Origin: Octopus bimaculoides | Taxonomy: Eukaryota | NCBI RefSeq assembly: GCF_001194135.2 | Contig: NC_068997.1 | Span: forward strand, 3,201,579 to 3,265,578 | Length of the DNA stretch: 64,000 nt | Direction: 5' to 3' | Position numbers and translations under genes: made by a program | Shown: positions 1 to 11,080 of the stretch, piece after piece | Layout of the letters: every line of letters starts with the position of its first letter | Position numbering within the stretch: position 1 is the first letter of the stretch | The notes under the pieces: model-generated | The model's input: the letters and a program-made list of their open reading frames with translations, nothing else | Database searches by the model: none | What the model was told of the DNA's origin: nothing

Positions 1-693
1 CATATCCAGTTATTTGTAATGAAGAATCTCATAAGATATCGCGTTTGAAATTATCATTAAAGAAATCTCAACGTGGCAGAGGTCGAAGATCAACCAGGTG
101 GAGGTAATTTAGTTTCCAGGCAACTCGTACCGAAGCGGTAATTGGGAACCAGATCCCTAATCTAAGGAAATAGTTGATAGATTAACAGGGTTTCCCATAA
201 TTACACTTGTCCAATTTACAAACCAGTGGCATTAATTAACAGAGAAGTGAAGATTAAGTTACGAACTGATTATTTTCGTCACGAAAGTAGCAGAACAGTG
301 TTAACAAGGGAAGAGTAAATAACACTGTTTGATAAAGAGGATAGAAAATCAGAACCAGCGCCATAACAGCACTTCACTGGATTAACACTTTGTGGAGAAA
401 GGAGACCGATAAAACTCACACTTTATTGAAGGCTCATTGAGCTGCTAATAGCTAAATCTCTCTTAAATTATATCATAACAATTTATAAAAAAAGAACATA
501 TTCAACATTAATAAACCTTTATGCATACATAAATACACACACAGACACACACACACACACACACACGCACACACACACACACACACACAAACATATATAT
601 TTATATATAGACTTCCCAAAATAAACACATTTAGTACCGAATGCGAGGAAAAACAACCAACAGAAGAAGACCAACTTTCTTTTAAATAACTCA

Positions 694-755
694 ACTATGT
701 ATCGACCGATTTCGCGATTACTAGAATGAATCTAGACTCCGCTCATCAGCATAGT
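694..755 (-). ncRNA. Minimal type I hammerhead ribozyme (Penelope-associated)
   Basis: Minus strand reads ACUAUG-CUGAUGA-GCG gagu CUAGA uucau UCUAG uaau CGC-GAAA-UCGGUCGA-UA-CAUAGU. Stem I ACUAUG/CAUAGU is a perfect 6 bp, the CUGAUGA and GAAA core is intact, stem II is GCG/CGC plus CUAGA/UCUAG, stem III is short, and the cleavage triplet is AUA. It lies about 750 nt downstream of a Penelope ORF on the same strand. Confidence 0.85.
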
Positions 756-1501
756 ATTGTTTAGGAAAAACATATACAAATAAACAGAATTCTCACGTTA
801 CCAAAAACGAACACTCCCCGTATCCGACCAAGCAAAGCGAATGAAGTTTATCTGTATAAATCTTCAACAAAGAAGCGGGAAAACTACTGGGTTGTTTTGG
901 CACACGTTTTAAGACAGGAATAAAAAAATTCAGCATTGAATATATTTCGTATATATATTTGATTAATAAATTCAAAAAGGGATAAAATCTTTTTATATAT
1001 ATATTGAAGATAAAGAAAAATGAAAATGCCACTTTTTAAAAAAATTTGTGTTTTAATTAATTTACATTACATGCTACGGTTTTTTTGGAAAGCCTTATCA
1101 AAAATGAGTATAAAATATGTGAGAAGAGAAGAGGGCTATTAATAAAATAAAACTGAAATTAAAATTAAGAATGACATTCATAGTTTACTGTTATTTCTTG
1201 CATGCGCACGTGGTCCTTTTGTTCAGTTCTTGAGGTATGGTAAGTTCAACTCGCTGCGATAGTAAATTACAACTATCTGTTTTTGTAAATTAAATAGTGG
1301 TCAAGACTTGATTTCTAGGAGTGGCTGCAGCCGTCGAATAACCAGCAGCAGTAATAATAATAACAACAGTAGTAGTGATGAAATTGTTCCCCTGTGGTTT
1401 TCATAGAAATTGGCTTCTTCGATCCCCTTTGCTTATTTCTTATGAATAACTTGCAAATCCATNNNNNNNNNNCATAAATATATATGAAAGTCTCAGTGTT
1501 G

Positions 1502-2125
1502 CTAGTTTAGAAAATTTAGACTCGGTCGGTATTTTCTTATGAAATGTATTTCCTTGCTAATGCGTTCATTTTGACTAGCATTGTTTTTGAATTTGTATAG
1601 TGGAAACGTTGTGAATTTGGGAAATTTGTTGTAAGCACATTCGTCGATGTGCTGGCTGAGAGGTATTTTCCTGTTTTCTGGGATCTTAATTTGAGATTTG
1701 TGCACTGCCATCCTCTGACGTACGCTGTTTTTTTTTTTGTGTGTCCAATATATTGCCGTTTGCATCCAGAGCATGTTATTAGGTAGATCATGTTCTCTGA
1801 TGTACATGTAAAATTAGTTTTTATTGTGAAATTCATGGCCTTGTTCTGATTGGTGTTCCGATCCTTCTATTACGTCGAAACAAATCCTACAGTTGGGTCT
1901 CCCGCATTTTTTTTAATGTTGGTTTAGTGGTTATTGTTGAGTGTAATTTGGCCTGGGTTAAAATCTTTTCCATTGATTTTGGTTGCCTCTTACTTTTGAT
2001 GATTGTATGTGTTTTGAGGATTTGGTTCATCCTTGGGTCTTTCTTGAGCAGAGCTGTTCTGTGGAGTATATTGTTGAATTCCTCATTGTTGTGTGGGTTG
2101 TGTGCAGATGTAAGGCAAGGTTTTT
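1502..2125 (-). mobile_element. Penelope-like element, 5'-truncated ORF (post-RT linker, CxxC, GIY-YIG endonuclease), frameshifted
   Basis: Manual translation gives ...HNPHNNEEFNNILHRTALLKKDPRMNQILKTHTIIKSKRQPKSMEKILTQAK...KKCGRPNCRICF... then TNFTCTSENMIYLITCSGCKRQYIGHT (IY..YIG motif). After a frameshift at the T-run near 1730 it continues RQRMAVHKSQIK...LSQHIDEC...ERISKEIHFIRKYRPSLN*. Confidence 0.9.
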
Positions 2126-3443
2126 AACTTTTTAACCACATGCCTCCTCAATCGGAGCCGATCTTTTGTCTAGACAACACCAACGATAGCAAGTATAGAC
2201 TAAGAAGACCAACTATGAATTTCAATGATCATCTTTCAAAAGCTATTTAGATTTTGAAGGAATAAAATCAATTTTAATATACAGTAATATATATATACAT
2301 ATATATATATATANNNNNNNNNNNNNNNNNNNNNNNNNNNNNNNNNNNNNNNNNNNNNNNNNNNNNNNNNNNNNNNNNNNNNNNNNNNNNNNNNNNNNNN
2401 NNNNNNNNNNNNNNNNNNNNNNNNNNNNNNNNNNNNNNNNNNNNNNNNNNNNNNNNNNNNNNNNNNNNNNNNNNNNNNNNNNNNNNNNNNNNNNNNNNNN
2501 NNNNNNNNNNNNNNNNNNNNNNNNNNNNNNNNNNNNNNNNNNNNNNNNNNNNNNNNNNNNNNNNNNNNNNNNNNNNNNNNNNNNNNNNNNNNNNNNNNNN
2601 NNNNNNNNNNNNNNNNNNNNNNNNNNNNNNNNNNNNNNNNNNNNNNNNNNNNNNNNNNNNNNNNNNNNNNNNNNNNNNNNNNNNNNNNNNNNNNNNNNNN
2701 NNNNNNNNNNNNNNNNNNNNNNNNNNNNNNNNNNNNNNNNNNNNNNNNNNNNNNNNNNNNNNNNNNNNNNNNNNNNNNNNNNNNNNNNNNNNNNNNNNNN
2801 NNNNNNNNNNNNNNNNNNNNNNNNNNNNNNNNNNNNNNNNNNNNNNNNNNNNNNNNNNNNNNNNNNNNNNNNNNNNNNNNNNNNNNNNNNNNNNNNNNNN
2901 NNNNNNNNNNNNNNNNNNNNNNNNNNNNNNNNNNNNNNNNNNNNNNNNNNNNNNNNNNNNNNNNNNNNNNNNNNNNNNNNATATATATATATATATATAA
3001 ATCTGGATAAATGTATTTCCATATGCATAAACAATTTGAATATACATTACAACAGAAAGAACGGAAAACATGTTATAGATATATTTGGTTTTATGATGTG
3101 GCTTGTATTATAAAGCTGTGCAATTAGAAACTTGACTAATTCGATTTTAAATATCTCTAACGTTTTATTCCGAGTACTTAGATGTAATTATAAGCTTTTT
3201 CATCACGGAGATATAGGATTTTAAATATGTCATGTCCATGATTGTGTGTTGTTCTGACGAAAACTGATACATATATAATTCATAGATCGTACAGTACATG
3301 ACTTTATTACTCTATGGATGGTAAAAAAAGTAATCTATGTATTTAGTAGCATTCTGAATATATATTACTACACAAATAAGCCTAATACTGTCTGTCTGTC
3401 TATCTATTGCTCTCTCTCTCTCCCTCTCTCTCCTCCATCTCTT

Positions 3444-3475
<32 letters not shown>

Positions 3476-3501
3476 ACTCGCTCTCTTTCACTCTCTCTCT
3501 C

Positions 3502-3540
<39 letters not shown>

Positions 3541-3567
3541 GTATATATATATATATATATATATATA

Positions 3568-3830
3568 GATAGCTTAGCGGTTCGGGTGTTGCACTCATGA
3601 TTGCGAGATCTTGGGTTCGATTCCCAGACTGGGCGTTGCGTTGTGTTCTTAAGCAAAGCGCTTCATTTCACGTTTCTCTGCGATGATTTCGACATCTGAC
3701 GTGTGGTAACCCAGCTGCATCTGTACAGGTAATGTCGATTTGAAGGATGGAGTAAGCTTATGTCTACACAAACATCTGATCACTATAAACAAATTATGTG
3801 CGAGGCTGTTTGGTTAGAAATTGTCGAACC
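3568..3830 (+). mobile_element. tRNA-derived SINE
   Basis: A-box-like TAGCTTAGCGG and B-box GGTTCGATTCC, followed by a CTTAAGCAAAGCGCTTCATTTCACG core. The body (CTGACGTGTGGTA, TGATCACTATAA) is shared with the inverted copy at 30660-30900. Confidence 0.75.
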
Positions 3831-3831
3831 T

Positions 3832-4014
3832 TTATACGTTTCTTCCGGAGTTTTGTTTCGATGAGGAGGTTTTCCCCTCTTTCTCAAAGGTTACTATTAC
3901 TTTCGAGACAGTACTTCTTGATACACCAAACATTTTGAGTGTTTTCGTTACGCTAGCGCCTGCCATACGAGCACCAACAATTCGACCTCTTTGAAAGTCT
4001 GTTAGATCGGTCAT
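3832..4014 (-). mobile_element. Tc1-like transposase N-terminal HTH remnant
   Basis: MTDLTDFQRGRIVGARMAGASVTKTLKMFGVSRSTVSKVIVTFEKEGKTSSSKQNSGR is a typical Tc1 paired-like N-terminus, truncated where the SINE begins. Confidence 0.85.
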
Positions 4015-5006
4015 TTTAATGAATTTTAATTACCTCTTTGTAATGTTATCTGAGAAGAATCAGCATTTTTTTGTAAAACGTATTAAGCAACATTAATAAT
4101 AAATCAAAAAACAAAAACATAAGCTTTTGACGGTTTCATAGATATTTCAAAATTACGATGCTATGATGCTAGGTGTTTCCATTGTTTTATCCATCCCCTG
4201 TGTGTGTNNNNNNNNNNNNNNNNNNNNNNNNNNNNNNNNNNNNNNNNNNNNNNNNNNNNNNNNNNNNNNNNNNNNNNNNNNNNNNNNNNNNNNNNNNNNN
4301 NNNNNNNNNNNNNNNNNNNNNNNNNNNNNNNNNNNNNNNNNNNNNNNNNNNNNNNNNNNNNNNNNNNNNATATATATATATATATATAAAGGATGTGCTA
4401 TAATACTTTTCCACAGCCATACAAACCATCCAACATACCACCATCATCAGCTGCCCCACGGATATCATTATGGTTTCGACACCTGGGCAGTACCATTCAA
4501 TCCGGTGGTGTCAACAGCACTAAAATAAGTATTGTTTTGGAACAAACAAACCAAAGAAACCAAAACTTTCTAACACATTTTACCTTATGTACAACCGTAA
4601 CGATAAATAAACTGAATGAGTAAATTACAATTACTCCAAAATACGTAATTAATCATTGACAACTCTGTTAAGTCATACAAAAATTATAATCCCTAGCGTC
4701 TTCTGTAGTATAACATAAAAGTAAAAGCTTAATAACCACATTATTTCAATCAATCAATATAGAGGCAGTATTAAACTCTAACCTTAATAAAACTAGAACA
4801 AAGTAACTTATAAACCAATGTACATTGTATCGGTATTAATAGTAAACTGCAATAACTAAATTATATACTAAATGGCGATGAGTCTTTAAATCCATTTAAA
4901 TAATAATGCTACCGGTCTTTCATAGATACTATAATGAAAGTTCCTGCCTTAAAAATATTTTCCAAAACAAAACACGATTGAAATTTATTTAACGAATACA
5001 TATAAC

Positions 5007-5081
<75 letters not shown>

Positions 5082-5693
5082 AGTTTCAACTTGTTTCTTG
5101 ACATTAAAACCGGTGTTCGTCTGTGTTTAATCTCCTAAAACTCGGAAGAGCTGCAAGTACGAGAGTTATAATGTTTAGTTCATATAACTAACCCCTTATT
5201 AAGTAGATGAAACAGCCTGAAGCAGGAATGGAAGCCAAAACTAACAAAGCACTTAAAACTATCGCAAACCTCATCACTTACTGACTTGGTGTGTAATCAT
5301 GTGATACAATAATCAGTTATCTACTTCAATCTCCCTTATTGAACTGATGATAGATTTAAATTATCTTTACTTTCCTTCGTATACCAGCTTCTATTTCCAT
5401 AGCAGATTACTAGGAAGAGGGCTGGCAAAGTTTGGTGGAATCTCCGGAGATTTACTCCAAGACAGGACAAACTTCTAATGTTTAGAGAATTAATATCACC
5501 AGTTCTACATTCCTCACATCAATTTCGAGAATTACAATTCATTCTTCAGCTTTCTGTCTTTCTCAATCTGGCCATTTACTCTTTTTTTTTATCTCTTCCT
5601 TTCTCACTCTCTTACACACTTTTTCTTCATCATTTTCTCTTTTCACCCCCACATATATCTGTCTCTATATGCGTGTGAGTGTGTACAAGTGTG

Positions 5694-5736
<43 letters not shown>

Positions 5737-6006
5737 AATACACACACACACATGCGCCACGTATATTACATACATATATTTATGTATATATATTTCTATA
5801 AATCTGTATGTATGGATGTATGTATAATATATATGTATGTGTGTATGTATAACATGTCTATATAGTGTAAATTTGTAGATATATAACAGATATATGTCTA
5901 TAAATATATAACATTTATGTATGTGTCCATGCGTTCGTACCGATGTCTATTAATCAAATTTTCTGCCCCACTATCGTCGTTCTCCCCTTCTAAATCTAAA
6001 GTTCTT

Positions 6007-6124
6007 CTTTTTCTTCTTCTTCTTCTTCTTCTTCTTCTTCTTCTTCTTCTTCTTCTTCTTCTTCTTCTTCTTCTTCTTCTTCTTCTTCTTCTTCTTCTTC
6101 TTCTTCTTCTTCTTCTTCTTCTTC
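6007..6124 (+). repeat. (CTT)n microsatellite running into a gap
   Basis: Directly visible; source of the poly-L/K/R ORFs. Confidence 0.95.
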
Positions 6125-6962
6125 NNNNNNNNNNNNNNNNNNNNNNNNNNNNNNNNNNNNNNNNNNNNNNNNNNNNNNNNNNNNNNNNNNNNNNNNNNNN
6201 NNNNNNNNNNNNNNNNNNNNNNNNNNNNNNNNNNNNNNNNNNNNNNNNNNNNNNNNNNNNNNNNNNNNNNNNNNNNNNNNNNNNNNNNNNNNNNNNNNNN
6301 NNNNNNNNNNNNNNNNNNNNNNNNNNNNNNNNNNNNNNNNNNNNNNNNNNNNNNNATATATATATATATGTATATATACATATATGTATGTATGTATCTA
6401 CAATATATATATAATACATATATATTTATATATAAATGCATATACATATATATATATATATTCACATATATATACATACATACACACGCACGCCTACACA
6501 CACACACAAACACATAAGATATTCATACACACACATATATGAATATTAGACTTCAATATATTCTTGTCTCATAGANNNNNNNNNNTTAGACTTCAATATA
6601 TTCTTGTCTCATAGACCTTCTCATTATCTCTCTCTGGCTCTCTGTTTTACACTGTCTTATCCTCTGTTCCCCTCTCACCATCACACTCCCACATTCAAAC
6701 TTTCCTTATATCTCCATCTCCCTATTCTCTCAGCTCCCTACTCTTACCTCATATTCCATCCTCTAACACTAACGCCACCGATCCTTCAACTCCACCCTCA
6801 ATACTGTCGCCATCCCATTAATATATAGTAACAATACTTACAACTAACTCCCTGCGGCTTAGACTAAAATAGACACACCGATCTTGTATTACATTCACTT
6901 ATTCGATTATTAAATTGATTTTTTGACTTCAGCTTCCATAATACACACACATGTATTACCAA

Positions 6963-6964
<2 letters not shown>

Positions 6965-7043
<79 letters not shown>
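6965..7043. repeat. (AT)n microsatellite
   Basis: Directly visible. Confidence 0.95.
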
Positions 7044-7056
<13 letters not shown>

Positions 7057-7327
7057 GTATGTTTGTATGTGTGTATGTGTATGTATCGGTGTACATAAAC
7101 ACAAAGACAGAAACCCACATACATGTAAGTAGGTACGCATGCATATCGATATCTATGTATATATACATGTGTGTGTATGGGCGTATAACATAATGTGTAT
7201 ATATGAAGCGAAAGCTAGTGACTGAAGCAAAGATGGTACACTTTTATTTTTACTCCTATTCGTTTACCATATATTTAATTGCATCCTCCACATCCAGCCA
7301 TATCCAGAATACTACCATGTAGAGAAA

Positions 7328-7370
<43 letters not shown>

Positions 7371-8479
7371 CGTATATGTATATATATATNNNNNNNNNNN
7401 NNNNNNNNNNNNNNNNNNNNNNNNNNNNNNNNNNNNNNNNNNNNNNNNNNNNNNNNNNNNNNNNNNNNNNNNNNNNNNNNNNNNNNNNNNNNNNNNNNNN
7501 NNNNNNNNNNNNNNNNNNNNNNNNNNNNNNNNNNNNNNNNNNNNNNNNNNNNNNNNNNNNNNNNNNNNNNNNNNNNNNNNNNNNNNNNNNNNNNNNNNNN
7601 NNNNNNNNNNNNNNNNNNNNNNNNNNNNNNNNNNNNNNNNNNNNNNNNNNNNNNNNNNNNNNNNNNNNNNNNNNNNNNNNNNNNNNNNNNNNNNNNNNNN
7701 NNNNNNNNNNNNNNNNNNNNNNNNNNNNNNNNNNNNNNNNNNNNNNNNNNNNNNNNNNNNNNNNNNNNNNNNNNNNNNNNNNNNNNNNNNNNNNNNNNNN
7801 NNNNNNNNNNNNNNNNNNNNNNNNNNNNNNNNNNNNNNNNNNNNNNNNNNNNNNNNNNNNNNNNNNNNNNNNNNNNNNNNNNNNNNNNNNNNNNNNNNNN
7901 NNNNNNNNNNNNNNNNNNNNNNNNNNNNNNNNNNNNNNNNNNNNNNNNNNNNNNNNNNNNNNNNNNNNNNNNNNNNNNNNNNNNNNNNNNNNNNNNNNNN
8001 NNNNNNNNNNNNNNNNNNNNNNNNNNNNNNNNNNNNNNNNNNNNNNNNNNNNNNNNNNGGGGAGAGAGGAGGGAGAGAGGGGAGAGAGGAGGGAGAGAGG
8101 GGAGAGACAGAGATAATATTTATGCATATGTTGGTATAAATATTAGTGGGTACGAGAGGTATTTGAGGACAGAATTATGAATGTATTACTCCCTTTAAAC
8201 CAATTTTTAAAAGACAGTCTTTTAATCCCCCATAGTAGTTAAGACGCTATCACTAGAAATGAAACGATATGCAGTCATACTTGTCACATGTGCAGAACGC
8301 AGGTTTTCGAAATTCCCAAGTTTCTAAATGTTGTAAGATCTTTTCTACAGAAAGATCAGATAGAACTGAAAGTCTGTAGCGGGAATATTTCAAATGTATC
8401 ACAGATAAAAAGCCTGCTAAACATTTGAACACCATAAGAACAATGCAATTCCTCTAACCAGCTCACTACATTACTTACG

Positions 8480-9175
8480 ATGATCCCAGAATATTAATGG
8501 GACCTATTGCAAAAGAATTTTACGTGTGGACTATTAGAACTGTGGTGGACGAAGGCATTCGACACAAGGGGAATCTAGTGAGGACAGGGAAATTTCTGCC
8601 TGCAAAGCCAAGAAATCCTCCTGGTGTGTGTCAATCGTTTATTTAACAAAGTTAAAAGACTTCACGAAAACGGTATGCTTTCGTTCAGTTCTGATGACAA
8701 AAGCATAAATCAAAACCAAAAAATCTATCAGAAGAAATGAGAGATGGTTACGTCCAAATCATTCTGATGACCCAACACTGATACGCTCTAAGTTTCCAGT
8801 AACTGGGGTAGTTTTATGGGCAGTGAATAACAAAGGTCATGTCAGGCCACCTTTCCATGCGGTCTTAGAATTAATTCTGCTGGATACGCTGAAGGGTGGA
8901 AACAATTCTGAACCTCTGGGTAGATGAATTATGCTGTGGAATATCACACATGCTTTCTCATAAAGCTTATGCAGCTCAAAAATGGATGTCAAACATTCTT
9001 TACGATCATTTAATACCAGACTTGTGGTCTCCAAGTATTTCATGTTTGAATCCTATGGACTATTATGTTTGAAGTGCTATTGAGAGGGAAGCTGATGAAC
9101 ATCCTCACTATACTATAGATTCATAGAAGGACGCCATTGTTCAGATGATGGCCAGCATGAATAAGAACCATTTAA
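8480..9175 (+). mobile_element. Decayed mariner-like transposase, maT/DD37D-like
   Basis: Frame fragments include DDPR..IAKE..TIRTVVDEGIRHK, NKVK..SSDDKS.NQNQK...RWL, SKFP and NPMDYYV*SAIEREADEHPH...DAIVQMM, with many stops and frameshifts. Confidence 0.75.
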
Positions 9176-9179
9176 CTAA

Positions 9180-9500
9180 CTGGCACTCTGTCGGTTAAAA
9201 CGACGAGTGTCTCAGTTGATCCGTTCAACAGAACAGCCTGCTCGTGAAATTAATATGCAAGTGGCTGAGCACACCAAAGACACGCGTACTCTTAATGTAT
9301 TTCTCAGGGAGATTCGGCGTGACACAGAATGGGACAAGATTGCCCCTGTGAATTACAAGTACAACTAATCTTTGCCACTCGAGTGAATTGGAGAAACATG
9401 AAATAAAGTGTCTTGCTTAAAGACACAACCTGCTACCGGGAATCGAACTCATGACCTTACGATCATGGGCCGATTAAGCTTACCACTAAGCCACGCGCAT
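9180..9500 (-). mobile_element. tRNA-derived SINE
   Basis: Minus-strand head GCGTGGCTTAGTGG...GAGTTCGATTCCCGG, then TTAAGCAAGACACTTTATTTCA. Same family as 60705-61000. Confidence 0.8.
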
Positions 9501-10019
9501 ACACAATTTAGTGTAGGCATGTCGACGATTCCGGTCCAGCATAGAAGCAATGATCGAAGTTGGAGTGGTATTCATAGAATATTCTTATAAGAAAACTTAT
9601 CAAATACATGTGCACATTTTTATTATTATTATTAAAATCCATTTGCTTTTTGTTAGATTGAGATGGTTTATCAAATTACCAAATGTCCTCCAATACCTCT
9701 TGCATACTGTGTGTATACATACATTTACATATACACACAGACCACATACACACGCACACATATATAGGCATATATTTGATTCACTCTTTTTCGCCTCATA
9801 TATATGTGTGTCTATGTGTGCGTCCATGTGTATGTAAGTATGTATCTTCACATGTTTATGTGTATATATATATATATATAAATACAGTGTGCGTAAGATA
9901 TTTGAGAACAGATTTATGTTTATAAAGAAAAACAGATATATAATAACAGATAACTATATTTATCAAAAAATGCTATGAGGATAAAAATAGACCTTTTCTA
10001 TAATTTTATTCAATAAAGC

Positions 10020-10325
10020 GTGGAGACGCAATGTCCCAGTAGTTAGGGCAGCGGACTCGCGGTCGGAGGATCGCGGTTTTGATTCCCAGACCGGGTGTTG
10101 TGTGTGTTTTTTTGAGCGAAAACATCTAAAGCTCCACGAGGCTCACGCAGTGGGTGATGACGACTCCTGTTGTACTCTTTCGTCCCAACTTTCTCTCACC
10201 CTTTCTTCCTGTTTCTTGAGTAAAGCTGCGATGGACTGGCGCCTCGTCCAGGTGGTGAGGAACACGTACGCCATAGAAACCGGGAAACCGGGAGCATGAG
10301 CCTGGCTAGGCTTTAAAAGAGCGCA
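10020..10325 (+). mobile_element. tRNA-derived SINE with V-domain-like motif
   Basis: Degenerate tRNA head (GGTTTTGATTCCC) and internal CTGCGATGGACTGGCGCCTCGTCCAGG, resembling the V-SINE central domain. Confidence 0.65.
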
Positions 10326-10329
10326 TAAA

Positions 10330-10850
10330 TAATAAAAATTCAATAAAGTCACCTTCACCTTCAACAATAGCTTCTGTATGAGATCTAAATCATTGACATG
10401 CTCGAATCAAGTGGTCCTGGTTCATTTCCGACATTACTCTGACTATGGCAGCTTTCAAAGAATGTTTGGTGTTATGGGTGTGTTCAATGACCTCTCTTTC
10501 AACAACGCTCCACATGTAATAGTACAATGGATTGAGATCTGGGGAATTAGGAGGCCAAATGTTGGAGGTTATGTGATCATGAAAATGTTCAGCCATCCAT
10601 TCCTGTGGTAATAAAACCATGTGTAATACATATATAGCCTTCCATTGCATACACTGTCTATTCAGGGCTTAACAATTATTTCCAGGACATCAATGTAGGC
10701 GGCAGAGCTAACTCTAAGGCCTTGTGGAAAGAAGTAAGGAGGCATCACATGTCTTTCGTTGCTGAAAACCCCTAAAACTGACAGTTTCAGGAAATTGCTT
10801 ATGTATAACACTTGGCGATTCGGAAGGGTCTGCAAGTAACCATTTCTCAT
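10330..10850 (-). mobile_element. maT/DD37D-like mariner transposase 3' half
   Basis: VLGVFSNERHVMPPYFFPQGLRVSSAAYIDVLEIIVKP and WPPNSPDLNPLYYYMWSVVERE...SLKAAIVRVMSEMNQDHLIRAC, followed by EAIVEGEGDFIE. Confidence 0.85.
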
Positions 10851-10919
10851 TTCTTCTGTTATCTTTTTGATCCTGGTCGAAATTTTTCTCGTTGGAGAAA
10901 AACTAAATTAAATCTTCAT

Positions 10920-11080
10920 CGACCCTAGTAATCAACTGTTACTTATTTTACAGACCCCGAAAGGAATGGGATAAAAGGCAAAATCAACCATAGCAGAATT
11001 TAAACTCAGACCGTAAAGATGGACGAAATGCCACTGAGCATTTCAGCCGTCGTGCTGACGATTCTGTCAGTTGACCGCCT
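10920..11080 (-). mobile_element. SINE (GGCGG-headed family with GTCGACTTTGCCTTTCATCC body)
   Basis: Matches the family also at 27660, 44770, 52015, 52225 and 52965; the minus strand begins AAGGCGGTCAACTGACAGAATCG and has a B-box-like GAGTTTAAATTCTGC. Confidence 0.75.

Noticed and set aside
361-440. Minus-strand AATAAAG...TGGCGCTGG resembling an LTR end plus primer-binding site
   Set aside because: No CA terminus before TGG, no second LTR and no gag/pol sequence in the window.
6547-6614. 30-bp direct repeat TTAGACTTCAATATATTCTTGTCTCATAGA
   Set aside because: The copies sit on either side of a 10-N gap; most likely an unmerged contig overlap.
2243-8139. Long ORFs (160-290 aa) in the supplied track, and similar ones at 23.8-25.5, 31.9-35.4 and 61.3-63.1 kb
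   Set aside because: They consist of N-gaps and microsatellite translation (poly-X, YI, CV, HT); no coding evidence.
9440-9500. tRNA-like A/B boxes here and at other SINE heads
   Set aside because: No cloverleaf, and they continue into SINE bodies; not tRNA genes.
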